From Podarcis vaucheri (taxonomy: Eukaryota), in assembly GCA_965113315.1 (NCBI GenBank), contig OZ220364.1: 64,000 bases of DNA. One strand, 5' to 3'. Made by a program: the position numbers and the translations under genes. Positions 11,901-26,900 of this stretch are shown here, one piece after another. Below the pieces are notes generated by a model. That model did no database searches. It saw nothing but the letters and a program-made list of their open reading frames with translations, and had not been told where the DNA came from. The stretch's first letter is position 1, and each line of letters begins with the position of its first letter.

Positions 11901-14900
11901 TTGGGAGATTGATGCAGATATTAACTAGTTCTGCCATTCCTTTCACATCTCTTTGATCCAATCTGGCAACCGTGTGTGTGTGTGTGTGTAGGAAACTGAA
12001 GTGAAGCAAGCACTGAGGAGTTTGACTCTTCTTGTGAAAAAGGACTGAAACAGGTATGCTTCGGTCTACTCTGGTGCCGTTGGATTTCACTTGTTGACCA
12101 TGAAGTTGTGTATTCATCTACTATGGAATCCTGTTCTGTGGACCATTTTACCTCATTTTGGTGGGGAATGCCTTACCATGTCAGGCTAGATTGGCACAAA
12201 CCGAATCCTCTGCTAAGTGCTTTCTATAGTAGTCTGAACTGATGCCAGGTCAGTTATTGGTAGGATCCCTTGTTGGTACTTCCCTGTGATCATCCGGTCC
12301 TTTCTAACTGTGCCATAGATGCTTGTTGCTGATGGCCTATTTTTTCCCATTGGCCCTGCCTAGCACTGACCTGACAACATGGACAGCTGTATATGCCCTG
12401 TAAATCCTGTGCTGAGGAATTTTGAACCTCTGCTAGGCTTTGAACAGTAGAGAACCCAGAGGTACTCTCTATCTTACAGGTGCTCAATCTGGTTCAGGAA
12501 TTATGACTGCAGGCACATCCATATTGCCATATATCAGGGATGGGGCACCTTTTCCAGTCCAAGGCCCTCATTTCCATCTGTTGTGAGGGGGTTGTCAGTG
12601 GTGGGTGGGCCTGGAGGCAACGGTGGGTGCAGGAGCACATGTAAATGTTACCTTTGTACAGCAGGCAAGCTTCCACATACAATCCTCTTTTGTCTGGACA
12701 AGGAAGAGGAGTTATTAAGGAGACACATTCCAACCAGGCAGAAGCCCTTTGTGTGTGAAGCAGTGCCAGTGGGAAATCTGGCCTGGAAAGAGTTCTGAGG
12801 GCCAGATACAGAAGCCTGGGGGCCACATTTGACTGCCCCAGGCCTGATGTTCACCACCTGTGCAAGGCGGGTGGGAAAGATAAACAAGATCCCAAATTAA
12901 CACTCCACAACAAAGGGGTTGCCTTGGTTAACCTTTGGGATATTAGCAAAACTATTGGTTGCTATTGCTATTTTACTTTTAGAGCCTGCCTTCAGTTCCG
13001 TTCTGCAGCTTGGACCTTCACTTTTCCTTCCTGTGGTACCATATTATGCAACCCACCTTTGCTGGGATGCATAAGCCCAAGAACCGCCACTGGAAAATGG
13101 CACACACATGTCATAAGGGGCTCTCACTCTTAACATTATGCTTTGTAGAAGCTGACCTGCTGCTTGACCTCTATTCACTTTCAGCAGGCCCACCTTACTA
13201 CCTGCAACTCAGCGTAACCCTGAATTTTGCCTATAATTGCCTGTGTGCATGTGCTGTCTGTGCCCTTGCTGTTGATTGCCTTGCCTGTTTGCTTAGTTTC
13301 CTTCCCGTGTCCCTTGACTTAAGCAGTCCTTTCTCTCTTGTAAGGAGTCAGAAACCACTGGTGGGAACGAGGTTCTCCCATATTTGTAGCTATGGAGAAT
13401 GTCCTTGCAGGTGGGAAGAGGTTTGAATTCTGCTCCGTCATGCCAGCTAGAGTGGGGTGGAAGTTGCCTGACATTTCCCAGCAACTCCCCTTTCTTGGCT
13501 GTGCCTCCAATCTAGTTTAACCTGCTGGAGGCACCTAACATGACCATGAGCTTGACAGCCTTTGCCTCTTGGTGCTGGAAAATGGGTGGGTTTGTTTCGC
13601 TGCTGTGCTGATTGGGTACGAGATGGTGCGAGAGCTTCTCCCAAAATGCAGCGCACACCCACTTCTGTCAAGGACCTCACTTAGGGAGTGGCATTTGGCA
13701 TAGCAGTTTTTCATTTTCCGCTCTACCTCCACTCCTGGCAATCCTATAGATGTTGCTGGACTCCAGCTCCCACCAGCCCCAGTCAGAGTGACCAGTGATC
13801 AGGGAAGATGGGAGTTGTAGTTCAGCAACATCTGGATGGCCACAGGTCAGAGGATATTTTCCCAACCATTTCCCAACCATTTTCTGTATAGTAGGATGTT
13901 TGTTCAAAGAAAGGGCTGCCAAAATGACCAGTGGGCTGGGCCAAGTCCCCAATGAGGAAAGTTTCTAACATTTGAGAGTGTTTTTTAGCTGAGGAAAGAA
14001 GCAAGTAACGTGGAACATGATAGAGGTGTTTTAACACTTTTGCATGAGAGAGAGAGAGAAGTTCTTCTCCATCTCTCGTAATATTAGAATCTGGAGCTGT
14101 CCAATGAAGCTGAATGATGGGAGATTCAGGACAGACACGGAAGTACTTCACACAGTGCATAGCTAGTACTATGAAATTTGGTCCCACAAGAGGGACTACC
14201 AATTTGGGTGGCTTTAAGAGGGGATTAGACAAATTAATGGTGGATAAGGCCTTAAATGGCTGCTCCTCACGAGGGCTTTATTATCTCCCATATTGGAAGC
14301 AGCATGCCTCCGAATATGTTGCTAGGGAGCATAAGCGGGAGGATGGCGTCCTGCTTGTGGGTTTCCCAGGTTGGCCGCCGTGGGGAAACAGGAAGATCCA
14401 GCAGGGCTCCTACATGAAATTGAAAGCATACAGCTGTCCTGTGCCTTGATCCTGTGCAGGCCTATTGACATTGTCTTGCAGCTGGCATGCCTCTGGATTT
14501 CATAAGATTGCCCCTTAAGCTGCTGGCTGCCTCTGTGCCCCTCCCTCTTGCCTGGCTGTAACCCTGCCACAGAGCTTGAGCTGCGACCTTGGCCGTATGA
14601 GAGGGTGGGGGAGGCAGCGGCGGCTGCCCTGCTTGTTTTTCTCTTTAATCCGGCTGCTTGGCTAAGGCTCCCATATGCAGGTTTCCCCTGCCTCAGGAAT
14701 GGTTTCTGGGCTTGAGTCAAAATGCCTTTGTCCCTTGAGTCCTGTATCACACTCTGCTTGTTGCCTCCTTCAGTGTACCTGTCAGTTTCTGCTTCTGATC
14801 TGTTCCCAACACCCTCTAGACTTCTTCAGTCAGAGAGCCTCATGCCAATGGTGGGCAGAGGAAATGGGGGTGAAGCAACAAATTTAATAATAATAAAAAT

Positions 14901-17900
14901 AAATTTTATTATTCATACCCTGCCCATATGTACACTAGGCTGGTTTCTGTGCACTCTTACACCCTTTTCTGTCCTCCATTCAAACAGACAAGAGGCATTA
15001 TCTCAGAGCTCAAGGATGTAATCTAGCCATACAAAAACCTTCAAGGAAGGTACAGAGCAGGTTTGCATGGCACCCTGATAAAAGTCTCGAGGGCCAGGTA
15101 GGCGCAAAGGGCCACATTTGGCCCCTGGGCATGGGGTTCCCCTTCCTACTCTAGAATATAAACTTATCCATGAAGTTTACGGCAGGGAGAAATTACCTCC
15201 CTCACCCATCTTGCTTGTATTTGTTATTTTATTTGGAATATTTTTATTCTGCCTTTCTATCAAGAAAAGACATTAATAATTGTAATTCCCTGAAAACTTG
15301 ATTCTATGTTGGGACCGAGAAATTTAGGCCCCTGTCTACAGGGACAGTAGAATGTGGGGGCAGAGTTGGCTACAGGTTTTCAGATGGTGGTCTACGAGCG
15401 CCATTGAGGTAGACCATGAAACGATTGTGAATGTCTGTACTTTGGCCTGCACATGATTTATACTTTGTTGGCAGTGGAAGGTAAGGCCATGTTGATCGGG
15501 AGTGGATAAGGTCCAGTGATGTTCTGGCTTAAGGCCTGTGATTTTCATTATATGGTGCTGGTGCAGTTCACTCATTTTTACCTTAAAACAACAATTGAAG
15601 GAACTCTTCTCAGTGCCTTGACCTATGGCTCATTATTTTTATGATCAGGTTCTGGTTTTGAGAATGCCAGCCCTGAAGGATGAGAAGTTTATGAAGTGGT
15701 TTGTCAAGATCCCCAACAATTTTCAAGTGGTCCATTGGGGGGCGGGGAAGAGATTGAGAACTGACTATACTTGTTGAGGAATAAAATGAGCAGGGCACAA
15801 TTTTTGAAATCTCCTGCAGGTTAAAAACAAAGGGCATTATGGGGAGACGTTCTAGCCTAACTTCAGCTCTCTGCCGTGCTAATTTTCTACCAGAAGGGTT
15901 TCTTTTTTTAATGGCAAAGCATTCAAAGATGTAAAACCTCCATATCTATTAAAGAGCACTGCCCTATTTTACCACCTTGAGACTTGACCACCTCAGTCCC
16001 TTGCTATGTATTGATCTAGTCTGCATATCTGACTTTCATTTCCTCTGAGACAAGTGTCCTTCTGATTAACATTACAAATACAGTGGTACCTCGGGTTAAG
16101 AACTTCAGTGTCACACTAAGGAGATTGTTCAGTCAGAGGAAGCATTTTTAATCTCTCCTCTGCTCCACTGCGCACTGTTCTGGGGGGTTCTCCCAATCCC
16201 TCCCGAGCTGTTTCTGGGGGTGAGGAAAAGCTCCATTATGATAGCAGGGAAACTCTTGCCTGGATTTCTGCTAGTGGGACCAGTTACCTGAATCTTGCCT
16301 CGTGTTTGCCTGCTTCCTGGTGACAGCAAGTTCCATCTTTCCTCATGAGTTTTCACTACACTGTTTCGCCCTCTTCTTAATTTGTTCAGACCTAACCTTC
16401 CTGAGATGCAGGCTGTGCTGTTGCATCAGTGCGATCATTTCTCACTAGAGTTGCTGTATGGACGAGTGCTTTAGAGGAAGCACCCTGTGCTGGGAAGTAG
16501 AGTCTGGGTAGCAAGCCTGGAATCATAGAGTTGGAAGGGACCACAAGGCTTGATGGATAACGGCAAGGATGTGTTTTGTATGTGTGTAATGTAGCACTGA
16601 TGTCATTTCAGGGCACAGTACTTACACCCTGGAGCCTGTGTTGCATGTTGGGGCCTGTTGTCAGGTGGAGGTGTGGTGCTTTGCCGGAGACAGGTTTTGC
16701 CTTCGCCCCTCTGGCTCTTGCATAGTTCCCGGGGCACTCTTGTCACGTGTAATTGTACAAGCCCCTGCAGCTTCAGACTGCAGCCGAATAGGCTTGCTGA
16801 GGCCTATGGATGCTCTGTGGTGGGGCAGTCTGAAGCTGCTGCGCAAGAGGTTGGTGCAAGGCTCCTCGATTCATTCCCTTTCTGGCCTTACCTGCTGGGA
16901 CTGAGGACTGATCTGTGAGGCACGTGCCAGTGATTTCTGGATGGAATGTGATTCCTGCAAATAATGCCCACTTCCTGTGTCCCAACAAACTGCTAAACCT
17001 GTGCTAGAATTGTCATTTGAGGCACTTCAGGGCACATTCCCATCATTAAGTCATGACTTAACATGGATTAGTAAGTGCTCAAGGTGTTTTAACCACATGA
17101 GTCTTTGCTACCTAAGGCCCAAACTGCGTGCTAATTTCAAACATGTATAATGGTAGCTCAGGGACCCTTTTGGAATAGGGGGAAAAACCCAGTTTCCGGT
17201 GGAGGCTACTGAAAGCACTTGGGAGAGCCAATCCATTTTTCTCGTGGCTGTCCAAATCTTTCTCTCCACCCCACCAAGGCTTTTCCCTCTGCAGGGTTTC
17301 AGATGCAGGTGTCTGAAGGCCAAACTAGATGTGGCTTTCAGTGCATCGTGGCATGTGGTGTTAGATATGCCAGTGAGGGATTTCTGTGGCTCAGTGGTAG
17401 GCCATAGGGTCAGCAGCAGAGCATCTTCCTTAGATGCAGAAGGTCACAGGTTCAGTCCCTGACATTTCCAGGAAAAGCTGGGAGACGCTTGCCTGGAATC
17501 CTGGACAGCCCCTGCAAGTCAAGGTGGACAATATGGGTTAGGTAGACCAGTTGTCTAAGTAAGTATAAGTCGGCTTCCTATCTTTCCACAATGCAAATAT
17601 TTGCTTCAGAATATTTGCATTAGGACCACAGCAAGGAAAGGACTAGTTAAGCTCCCCTTCCATGTCTGGTACACAATAATTGGCAGCCCCCTCACCTGTG
17701 ATGCTATTTGAATTTAAAAATAAAAAATAAACCTGCATGTTAAATGCTTTGTGTCTGGTTTGGAGTTGAGTGAGCACTACATTGCTGGGAGCGCTGAGGC
17801 TGAGAGCAAGGACTGTTAGCTTCCTTTCCCAGGCTTGGGAGTTCCCACTTCTCTGAAACATGATGAGGCTCTCATTTGGAAGGTGTTCTCGTTGCACCAT

Positions 17901-20900
17901 GGCGTGTCCCTGCTTTTCTGAAGTTTGTTTGAAGGAATCGGCACAGTGATATTTTATTAAGTTTTTGCCGGCATTTCCCCCTAAGACCTGCGGGCCCAAA
18001 GCTGATCCTAATCATATGCTGCCACTCATCTCCCATTGCAATTATGTCTCCATGATACTTTTCTCTCTGTGTCCTTTGTGGCTACAAGCTTACCACATTG
18101 GGATGTTGCCTGGCATCATTTTTGCTGCTCATTAAAAGTGCAAAAGCTCATGCCAGGATGGCTGGGGGCAAGGGAAGAGTAGTGTCCCTGGATATAATTG
18201 CTGGAGAGCTTGTGTTGTCTGGCCTACTCTTTGTGGTTCAGATTCTTTTTATTAAGTCAGTGGCCTGTGTGGCACAGTAACTCCCTGTCATGAGAGCTGG
18301 GCTTATACCTTTCTAGCACCTCATTGAGTATCAGATTAATATCTTAATGTGAAGAGCAAACTAGACGTGACATTTGTTCACTTGAATGTCTGATTTTAAA
18401 ACAAGAAGTAGCCAATGGTGTTTTTTTTGGGGGGGGGGAGAGACTCTACCCAGATTGGGACCATGGCATGGGAGACAGAGGGGCTTTAAACCTTTGCCTC
18501 CCACTACAGTCCTGCTTGGAATTAGCAAATAACCCCTCTCTATATCTGGTTTTTGTAAAAATCAGAAAACTCTTGGTGCCTATTTTCCTCACAGTCCTTC
18601 CTTGCTTGCTACCTTCTTTCCATTGTCAATAGCAGGTGTGAGGACCTGATTCTAGTAAGTACCCTAGTGGGGACAAAGGGTTAACACCCCCTGTCCTCCC
18701 CACCCCCACCATGGTTTCTATCCAACTTTGTTCCCTCTGCACATGCTATTTATTTCAAATTAACAGCCACACAAATCAAAGCCAAGTGCCAAATGTCACA
18801 TCTGATTTGTCCCCAGGCTGGCAAGGCCCCCTTATCAAGTAGCCCCTTCATCTGTTGTGAAGTACAAAACAATAATATCCCCCTTGAGGTTGGTAAGCAG
18901 GCTCTATCTAACTTTCACCATATCTAGTCTTTCTCCTTTGTCTTTCCTTCACATCTGGTGTGGTAAAGAATTCAGATTCGAAAGATCAACCTTGGTTTGG
19001 AGCAAACTCTCCTCCCTTTGTAGCTGAGCAGGTCCATTTCTGTACTCCACTCATGGAGTTTCTGACAATGGTTCTGTGCAGTGAGCAAGCTGCCATCATT
19101 TTAAGTTTCTTTGCAATGGGAAAGTGGTCGTTGCTGCCTGTCATGTAAAAAGGGGCTGATCCCTTTTCAATTCTCAACTCTGGATACTGCTGAAAAGGCA
19201 TCCAGGACAGAATGTGAAGAGACAGTAAAACCTGTTGGCTTCCTAATCCTTAGAGCTGCATTACTCCCCACCCCAAATATTGGGTTTGCCTGTTGTGCAG
19301 AGAAGCCGCCCATTGTGGTTGCAGATGGGGGAGGAGAGGACACGGGTCAGTACTAGCAACCATGCTAGCCCTGGGCAATAATTGATGTGGGGTGGGTGTG
19401 TTGTGTGGCAGGGACCCAGAGTATTATACATAGCCATTCATGTCTAGGCTGACCTCTTTGCACTCTCTTAGGTTCTGGGCTACTATATGCAGGCTCCGCT
19501 TTGTGCTTGTCCCCCTCCAACAAGAAGTTTGGTAATGATCTTCGTGTCTATGCCAATATTGGTGAGCATGTGAAAAGCTAGACCTTTTGGCAGACATTTC
19601 ACAGATTGCTCAGTTGGTAGAGCACAGGACTTAATCTCAGAGCATGGTTTCGAGCCCCATGTTGGGCAAAACTGTTACCTGCTCTGTCTATATTTCTCAG
19701 TAACAACATGTGCCCCCCTCCACAAGTTCAGCTGTGCTTGGGAGGGAAGCTGTGCTATTCACAGCCTAAAAGATTTGACTAGGGACTCGTGTGTGTGTGT
19801 GTGTGTGTGTCCCACCACTCTCCTTATCCCTCCCAGCCAAAGTAGGCTGTTCCCAATGTTGGATGCCCTGAAGACTTGGAGGTGGGTGGGATGGGCTTTC
19901 TGCCAGGAGGGGTCGCTGGGCTTTGTTAGTTTGGGCTCTGAGCCATGGGGCGGGAAAGGAGCTGGGACTGCAGCCACAAGTCTGGTCCCGTGCAGTTGTG
20001 TCTGTGATCAGGTGCTGCTGAATCAGCTGGCGAAGCAGTTCCACCTGTTCCCCTTTGCACACTCGCGCGCTCAGGAATGTCCCGTCCCTCCCAGCCCTGC
20101 TCACTGGCAGGAGCTGACACGTAGATCTCCAGTCTCGTGGCCTCACCTCTTGAGGAAACAGCTGGTATAGCGCGTGCGTGTAAGCCTTGGCATGATCTTC
20201 CTGTCAGGAAGACGCTAATATGTCTTGCTTTCCCTATACCTGCCATCCGCAGGCCAGAGTACCGCAAACCCAGTGGGAGGAAGAGAGCTTACAGTTTCTG
20301 AAGGAGGAAGGAGAAGCTTGTACTGCTGCCGTTTATTACCGACCCTGTGGGAGGCCTGCTTCCCAGTTCCTCCAAAAGCCTGCCCCTTTCCCAAAGCAAA
20401 AAATGGCCCGACTTCTCGCTTAACTCTTTAAATATAATTGGCCTCTTGCAATCCAGAGGCTAAACACAGGATTCCCAGCCTCTGGACACTCCACTGCCCC
20501 CTGAAATAGTGCTGCGATAACATTGCAGATCCCCTTTCTGTCGTAAGCCTGCAGAGGGTGGATGTGTCTGAGCCTGCTGTTGTTAATTGTGTTGTCAGGG
20601 TAGAAATTAATACCCTCCTCTTACGGCTGGATGCCAGAGCTCTTGCAGTGGGTGCCCCCAAGCTATTTGTCTGCTCTGCACTTGCTTGTTGGGGTGTGTG
20701 GTTTGCATGCAAGTCCCCAGCGGATGCACAGCCAAGGCTGCCCCGTGAGGCTCCATCTCTGCCTTCTGTCCTGTAAGGTTTTATCTGAGATCGGGAGCAC
20801 TCGCCTAGCATTCAAGGGAATCTGGCTCCTCGCCATGCTGTTCCTTGCTTCTGCCTTTTTCCTCTTGGCATGCTAGGGGAAAGGTGCTCAAAAGAGGCAG

Positions 20901-23900
20901 TGCTTCTGGTGTGGAGATGAAAGTGCATGAAGGGGGAAACCCCTTGTCTCAAAATCACAAGTGTTGCCAAATCGCATCCATCTGGGGATGCTGTTCCAGT
21001 GTGTGCATGTTTTATGATGCCAGGAGACTTGTAAGGTGAGGGCAAGGAGGGATTAGTCTTTCCCTAGTTGCCTCATATGTATTCCAGGGATGGACAGTCT
21101 TTTTACCCCCAGAGGCTACATGCAGCGATGGTGGGTGCTTACATACATGTACATATCACCACAGAGATATGTGCGTACATCCTCTGAAAGCAGCAATTGT
21201 GGTGGCTAGCAAGTATGATACTTGCTTTCTTTCCTTGCTCAGAGGATAATAATAAACTACCACCTCAGAATGAGCAGCTGTGTGGTGTGCTGTGAGTAGC
21301 ACAGTTTACGTACTTCTACCAGTAGTAAAATTCAGCAAAATTCAATTGGCATTGGGAGTGGGTAGCTTGGGAACACACAGTGGGCTGCATGTGGCTTGCA
21401 GTTTGCTTGTGTGTGATCTAAGATGGTGACTTGTGATGCCATCATGGCCAGCCTTGGCCATCAGGAATGTTTGTTTCTGTTCTAAGCTCTTGACAGCACT
21501 AAGGAAAAGGCTTTGGGAAGAGCGGACTTGTCCAAGTTCCTGGGACTTTATTTTATTTTTCAGAAGCTATTGTTCTTTATAGACAGGCCAGGAATAAATT
21601 AGGGAAAGTATATTAACAGGCAATGAATCTGTGCAGCATGTTTTGGCTTTCCACATTTGGGGAGGTGACGTCATTGCCGTAAGTTTCCCCCGAACCAATG
21701 AGTAGGGCTGGAAGAGGCCATGCAGGGAAACCTTCCACTTTCTGAAGTTGGCATGTCCACCTGGCCATAGGAAGCGAACAAGGGTGCAAGAACCTTCAAC
21801 CAGCCCACCCTCCAGGTATGCCAAGGCAAGTGTGGGGAAGCTGTGCCCACCACCAGACGTTGCGGGACTGTATCCTTGACCTATGGATATGCTGACTGGG
21901 GCTGATGGACATTGGGAGCCCAGCAGTGTTTGTAGGCCACAGGTCCCCCCCTTCCCGCTTCAGAGCTCAACTACTTGGGGCACTCTCATGTGCTGTGAGT
22001 AAATCAAAATGAGGGACAGCTTCCTTTCCACTGTAAGTCCTTTACCAAAAGGACCAGGAGCATGCCAGGCACTGCAGCCAGCCCTCACTTACCCCTTATT
22101 TGCCATGATCACCCAGAGGTTTTGTGCCCTAGATTCCTAGCTGCTGGTGATATCGTCATAAATCTGTGACCAAGGTACTGGTTAAGTGGGTGGGCCAAAC
22201 AGCAATGTTGGTGGGCCCTGGTATGATGCTTTGGGCCTGGTAGCTGCTTGAGCATGGGTAAGCAAACTAAGGCCCAGGGGCCTGGATCCGGCCCAATCGC
22301 CTTCTAAATCCGGCCCATGGACAGTCCGGGAATCAGTGTGTTTTTACATGGGTAGAATGTGTGCTGTTATTTAAAATGCATCTCTGGGTTATTTGTGGGG
22401 GCATAGGAATTTGTTCATTTTTATTTTTTTCAAAATATAGTCCGGTCCCCCACAAGGTCTGAGGGACAGTGGATCGGCCTCCTGCTGAAAAAGTTTGCTG
22501 ACTCCTGTGCTGCTTGCGGATGCTGGGTGCTGCTTCTGGCCCTGGTCCTGAACGGTGGGATTCACCCTGATGCAGCCTTGAGCCACTGCATGTGCCTCTA
22601 AGTGGTTCTCAGCCTGTGGGTCTCCAGATGTTGTTGGACTACAACTCCCACCATCCCTGAGCTCTGGCCTTGCTAGCTAGGGGTGATGGGAGTTGTAGTT
22701 CAACAACATCTGGGGACCCAGAGGTTGAGAAAGGCTGCTCTAACTTGTCTGATTCCCCCCACACCCAGACTGAGAGGAGTAAAAGAGACAACCTATATCA
22801 TTAAGAATCACCTGCTGGCCTTGATTTGGAAGGCTTTTCAGGATCCCCTGCCTGCTGTGTGCCTGGGCTTGAGCCCACCTCCATCTGTGGAACTATTCCC
22901 CCCCTTTAACACTGGAGACAGGCCTGTGGGGACGGGAGAGACAGCAAAAGGCCCTGGAGGGGGACAATGTCATTATATCTGCAACACCTCCTCTCTCGGT
23001 ATAATTTTTCATTGCATTTCTACCCCATTCTTTATTAGGGGAACCCAGGGGACAACGTACATAGGATATCTTTTTCTCACAACAGTTCCTGTGGGATAAA
23101 ATAGTCAAGGCTTCCTTAACCTGGTGCCCTTTAGATGCCCCCCCCCAGAACTGCATTGTCCATTACTGTCCATTGACCATACTGGCTGTGACTGATGGGA
23201 GTTGTAGTCCAACAACTTTTGGAGGGCACCAGATCAATGGGGAGATGCAGATCTGGTGTCTGAGCTTCAGGGTGGATTGAGGATTTATACTTGAATTTAT
23301 TGCACCAAAATCCACTCTCTTAGCCACTGCAGCTCACTGACTTGGGGCAGATAGTGGTGACAGAAAACTAATAGGGGTACTGAGGATCAGGAGGCTCTGG
23401 GGGTTGGTGTGCAAATGATACTGTGAGGCAGATGGGATATTTTAGAGAGGCTTGCTGAGCGCAAGGAATAATGTGACTGTTTCTCTCTCTGTGTGTACAG
23501 AGCACATCCCTGCTGAGCTACGTGAACCCTTCTATACAGACCAGTATGAACAGGAGCACATGAAGCCTCCGCTCATCCGCTTGTTGCATTCGTCTGACAT
23601 CTACTGCCGTGCCTGGCGCCGGGCCCTGCCATCGGGCGCTGATGGCGCCCCTTCCCCCAAGGACAATGCTGCCTTGCTCCAGCTTCTGGCCCATCGTGGC
23701 TTGGTGCCCACCTTCCAAGACAAGCCCATCAAGGAGACAGATCTGCACCACAAACCAATCAGACTGGTAAGTCCACAAGCTTGGCATCTTTCCAGGGGTA
23801 AACATTTTGACTTGGTGCTCTTGCAGAAGGAGGGGGACGTGTACTGTTTGTTCAAACTGGAGTGGGTGTTGGTGTTGGTTGCTGGAGAATGGAAAGAAAT

Positions 23901-26900
23901 TAATTGCCCTCCAACTCTCAGCTGAAACCAGGAGCTCAGTTAGTGCCTTTCCAGAATGAACGTGGTAGGATGGTTCCTTCTAAATTTTAGTGGGGTGCTA
24001 TGATGTACGGGTGGCTAACTTGCAGTTCTTCAGTTGTTGTTGGCCTCCATCTCACATCGGCCCCTGCTAGCATGTCCAGCAGTCAGGGGTGATGGGAGCT
24101 GGAAGTCTGGCAAGATGTGGACAACTGCAGGCTGTGCTGACATGAGTTGGAGGACCTGCTCTTTGAGGATTCAGGAGCAGAGCTAAGTTCATCATGTTCG
24201 CTTTCCCCACTGTACTGCAACAGTGTGGTGGCAGAGGCCGCGCTTGTGGTAGGCTATCCAGGATATCCACAACTTGCACACATTTAACTTGTGTGCATTC
24301 AGCTTTATGCACTTGGCAAAAAATAAAAAAAAGAGATGAAAAGGGAGCAGACATCCAGGAAAAAAGGCTTTGGCAATCCCACCCACCATTGTACCCAAGG
24401 TGTTTTGACGATGCACGATTTTGGCTTTAGGCATGATCCCCGGAATGTAACTCCCACGTAAGCATTAAAAATTAGTCTATATATATATAGAATTAGTCTA
24501 TATATATATAGTCTATATATATGCCTGGAGCTCTGTGATCTGGTATCATGATGACAGTAGCACAGGCTTCACTAGATCTGGTGCTTTCCGGATGTTTGGG
24601 ACCACCATTCCCCATCAGCGACTGTGCTGGCTGGGCCTGGTGGGAGTTGTGGTCCACAGCATCTAGAAGGCACCAGGGTGGCGAAGGCAGCATTAGTGGC
24701 TGGGCGCTGCTGTACAGAGGAAGAGCACTGGCTGTTCTGGGCATATGTTTGATGTAACTGATGGTTTGGGGGAGAGGGCAGAGAAAAATATTTTCTGTGA
24801 AAGGATCCCCCTGCCACCAGCCCAAAGGCAGGCTCTGAATTGTGGGGAGGACGCTCGCTGCTCCTGTTGACGGCCTCGTGTAAATGCTGCTCTCCCCAGC
24901 GCTGTCCTGTCCTGTGCAGACGCATGGTGGAGGCCCTGAGGGTGACAGACAAATCCCCAAAACTCCTTCCCTCCTCCCTCCCTCCTTGCCTGCCTCTGTT
25001 AATACAAGGAGCGTCTTCTGTGGCGCCACAGCTTCAGGGTGGAGCCTTTACAAGCTTAGATCCCAGCCACCCCGTGGGAACCCCTTCCCTCATCTCTCTG
25101 TGGGTGGGGAGGGCTGAGGTGTGGCTAAAGACAGGAGAAGTTTCTTTCTACCCCCCCCCCAAGGTCTTTTGACTCTCCCGCTTGGGAAGCTGAAGCCTCC
25201 TGTTGCTCCCTTCGAAGCCCCGTTGGTTTTTAAAGTGCTGATATTGTCAAGGAGAAAAGATGGGCAACAGCGCACTAAAGGTTAGATGGCCAGAATTAGG
25301 AACATCTGCCTCTCATGCCAGATGAGGCCACTGGTCCCTCCAGCTGAGTGTTGTTTGCACTGACTGGTAGCAGCACTCCAAAGGTTCTTCCCTCCCTGGA
25401 GACTCCCAAGGATTGAACCAGGGACCCTCTGCTGGCAAAGGAAGTTATTTACTGTTGGTCTAAGGCCCGGCATGCACAAACATCTGTACACGTGTGAGAA
25501 GGAAGGTCCTCTGTACAAGCGGCTAGTCCTTTTTCACTTGTACACAAGCACATGGGAATTCAGGTTTTCTTTAACTTCGGTGGGACCTTAGTGGTTTGTA
25601 TCATAGCAAATCCTAAGAAGGCGGGAGAACAGGATAATATCCTAGAAGGAAGGGTGCTTTTTTGTTGTTGTTCTGGTTTACTGTTGCAGGGGCAAAACAG
25701 GGGCCTGGCTTTGTATCTCCCCTTTTAGAAGCACCTATAGCTAGCTGGCTCAGAGTGAGTGTGGGGTTGAGCAATAGTAAGTGAACTTGGGGGAACTTAT
25801 CTGCAATAGCTGACAACTCCACATCCTATCTCCCTTTCCAGTTTATCTATTTTCAGGAAGGGCTGTTGTGGGGAAGGGATGTGGTTGGGAAACACTGCGG
25901 GTGTCTACCTCTCCCCTCTGCAAGAAAACAGATGGGGGGGGAGAGAGCAATGAAGGGTGGGAACCGTACACTTATTTAGGTGTGAAAGGCAAGAAGTGTG
26001 TGAGAAGGGGGGGGGGGTTCAGAAGGAGGCTGAGGTTGGAGTCTGTCTGTCCCTCACACCGAAGCCCACCCCACTTTCTATGAGGGTTTTTAAAAATGAG
26101 AATTGTTGAGGTGTTGATACGAGAATTCCAAATGGATACACATTGGAATGTGGTTGGGGGGGGGGAGTTTGCTTTTGCGGTGGAGCAAAGGAAGACCTGG
26201 AATATGGGGGAAGCAACACAAAGCCAGCGCTAGGAAGGATGTACAAAGGGGGCTTGGGGATTTCTGCTTTCTGCTCCCTGGGCCCAGCAATTATCATTCT
26301 TCCGCCTGGTGCTTGTGTAATGGGAGGGGGAGGCGGGGAGGGGGAATCCCCACTGCTGGTGCGGCTCTGCTGGCAGGTGCCCGGCAGGATTGCTCCGCGC
26401 TGAGCGGGTATCTCTGATTGCTATTAATTTTGCTCTGGTGATTCTGTCAAGGCCGGGAGGAGAGGCGAGAGCGCCAGCTAGCTGGAGGGAGGGGTGTCCT
26501 CTGTCTCCCTTGCTCCCAGCTGTGAGCTGGGGAAATGGTACCCATGGAAGCAATTGGAAAGGGAAGGTTTAATCTTGCCCGGGGTTGAGGGTGATGAGAA
26601 TGATGGAGACTCTTGATTTTGATCCGGGCATTTGGAGCCCCTCCCAAGGAAGGTGTAGATTGCACTCCACATGGGACAAGATGTTTAGAGAGCACACAGC
26701 TAGGCTGCCGCCACACCCTGAACTCCAAGAGTATGGGAGAGCAAAGCAGCGGATTAGTTGCTCTGTGGAGGGAGCTGGTCGTGGCAGCCATGTTGGCTTT
26801 CTGCCAGCAATGATATTGGAAAGCAGACATCAGAGCCAGAGCCGAGCAGTGTGGCTATTATCCGACTCCCCTGGCCTCGTCTGACACGGCCTCAGTGTAT

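Noticed and set aside
19603-19682. Functional tRNA-Lys gene
   Set aside because: Deletions in the anticodon arm, degenerate acceptor stem and no T-run terminator; treated as a SINE head or pseudogene.
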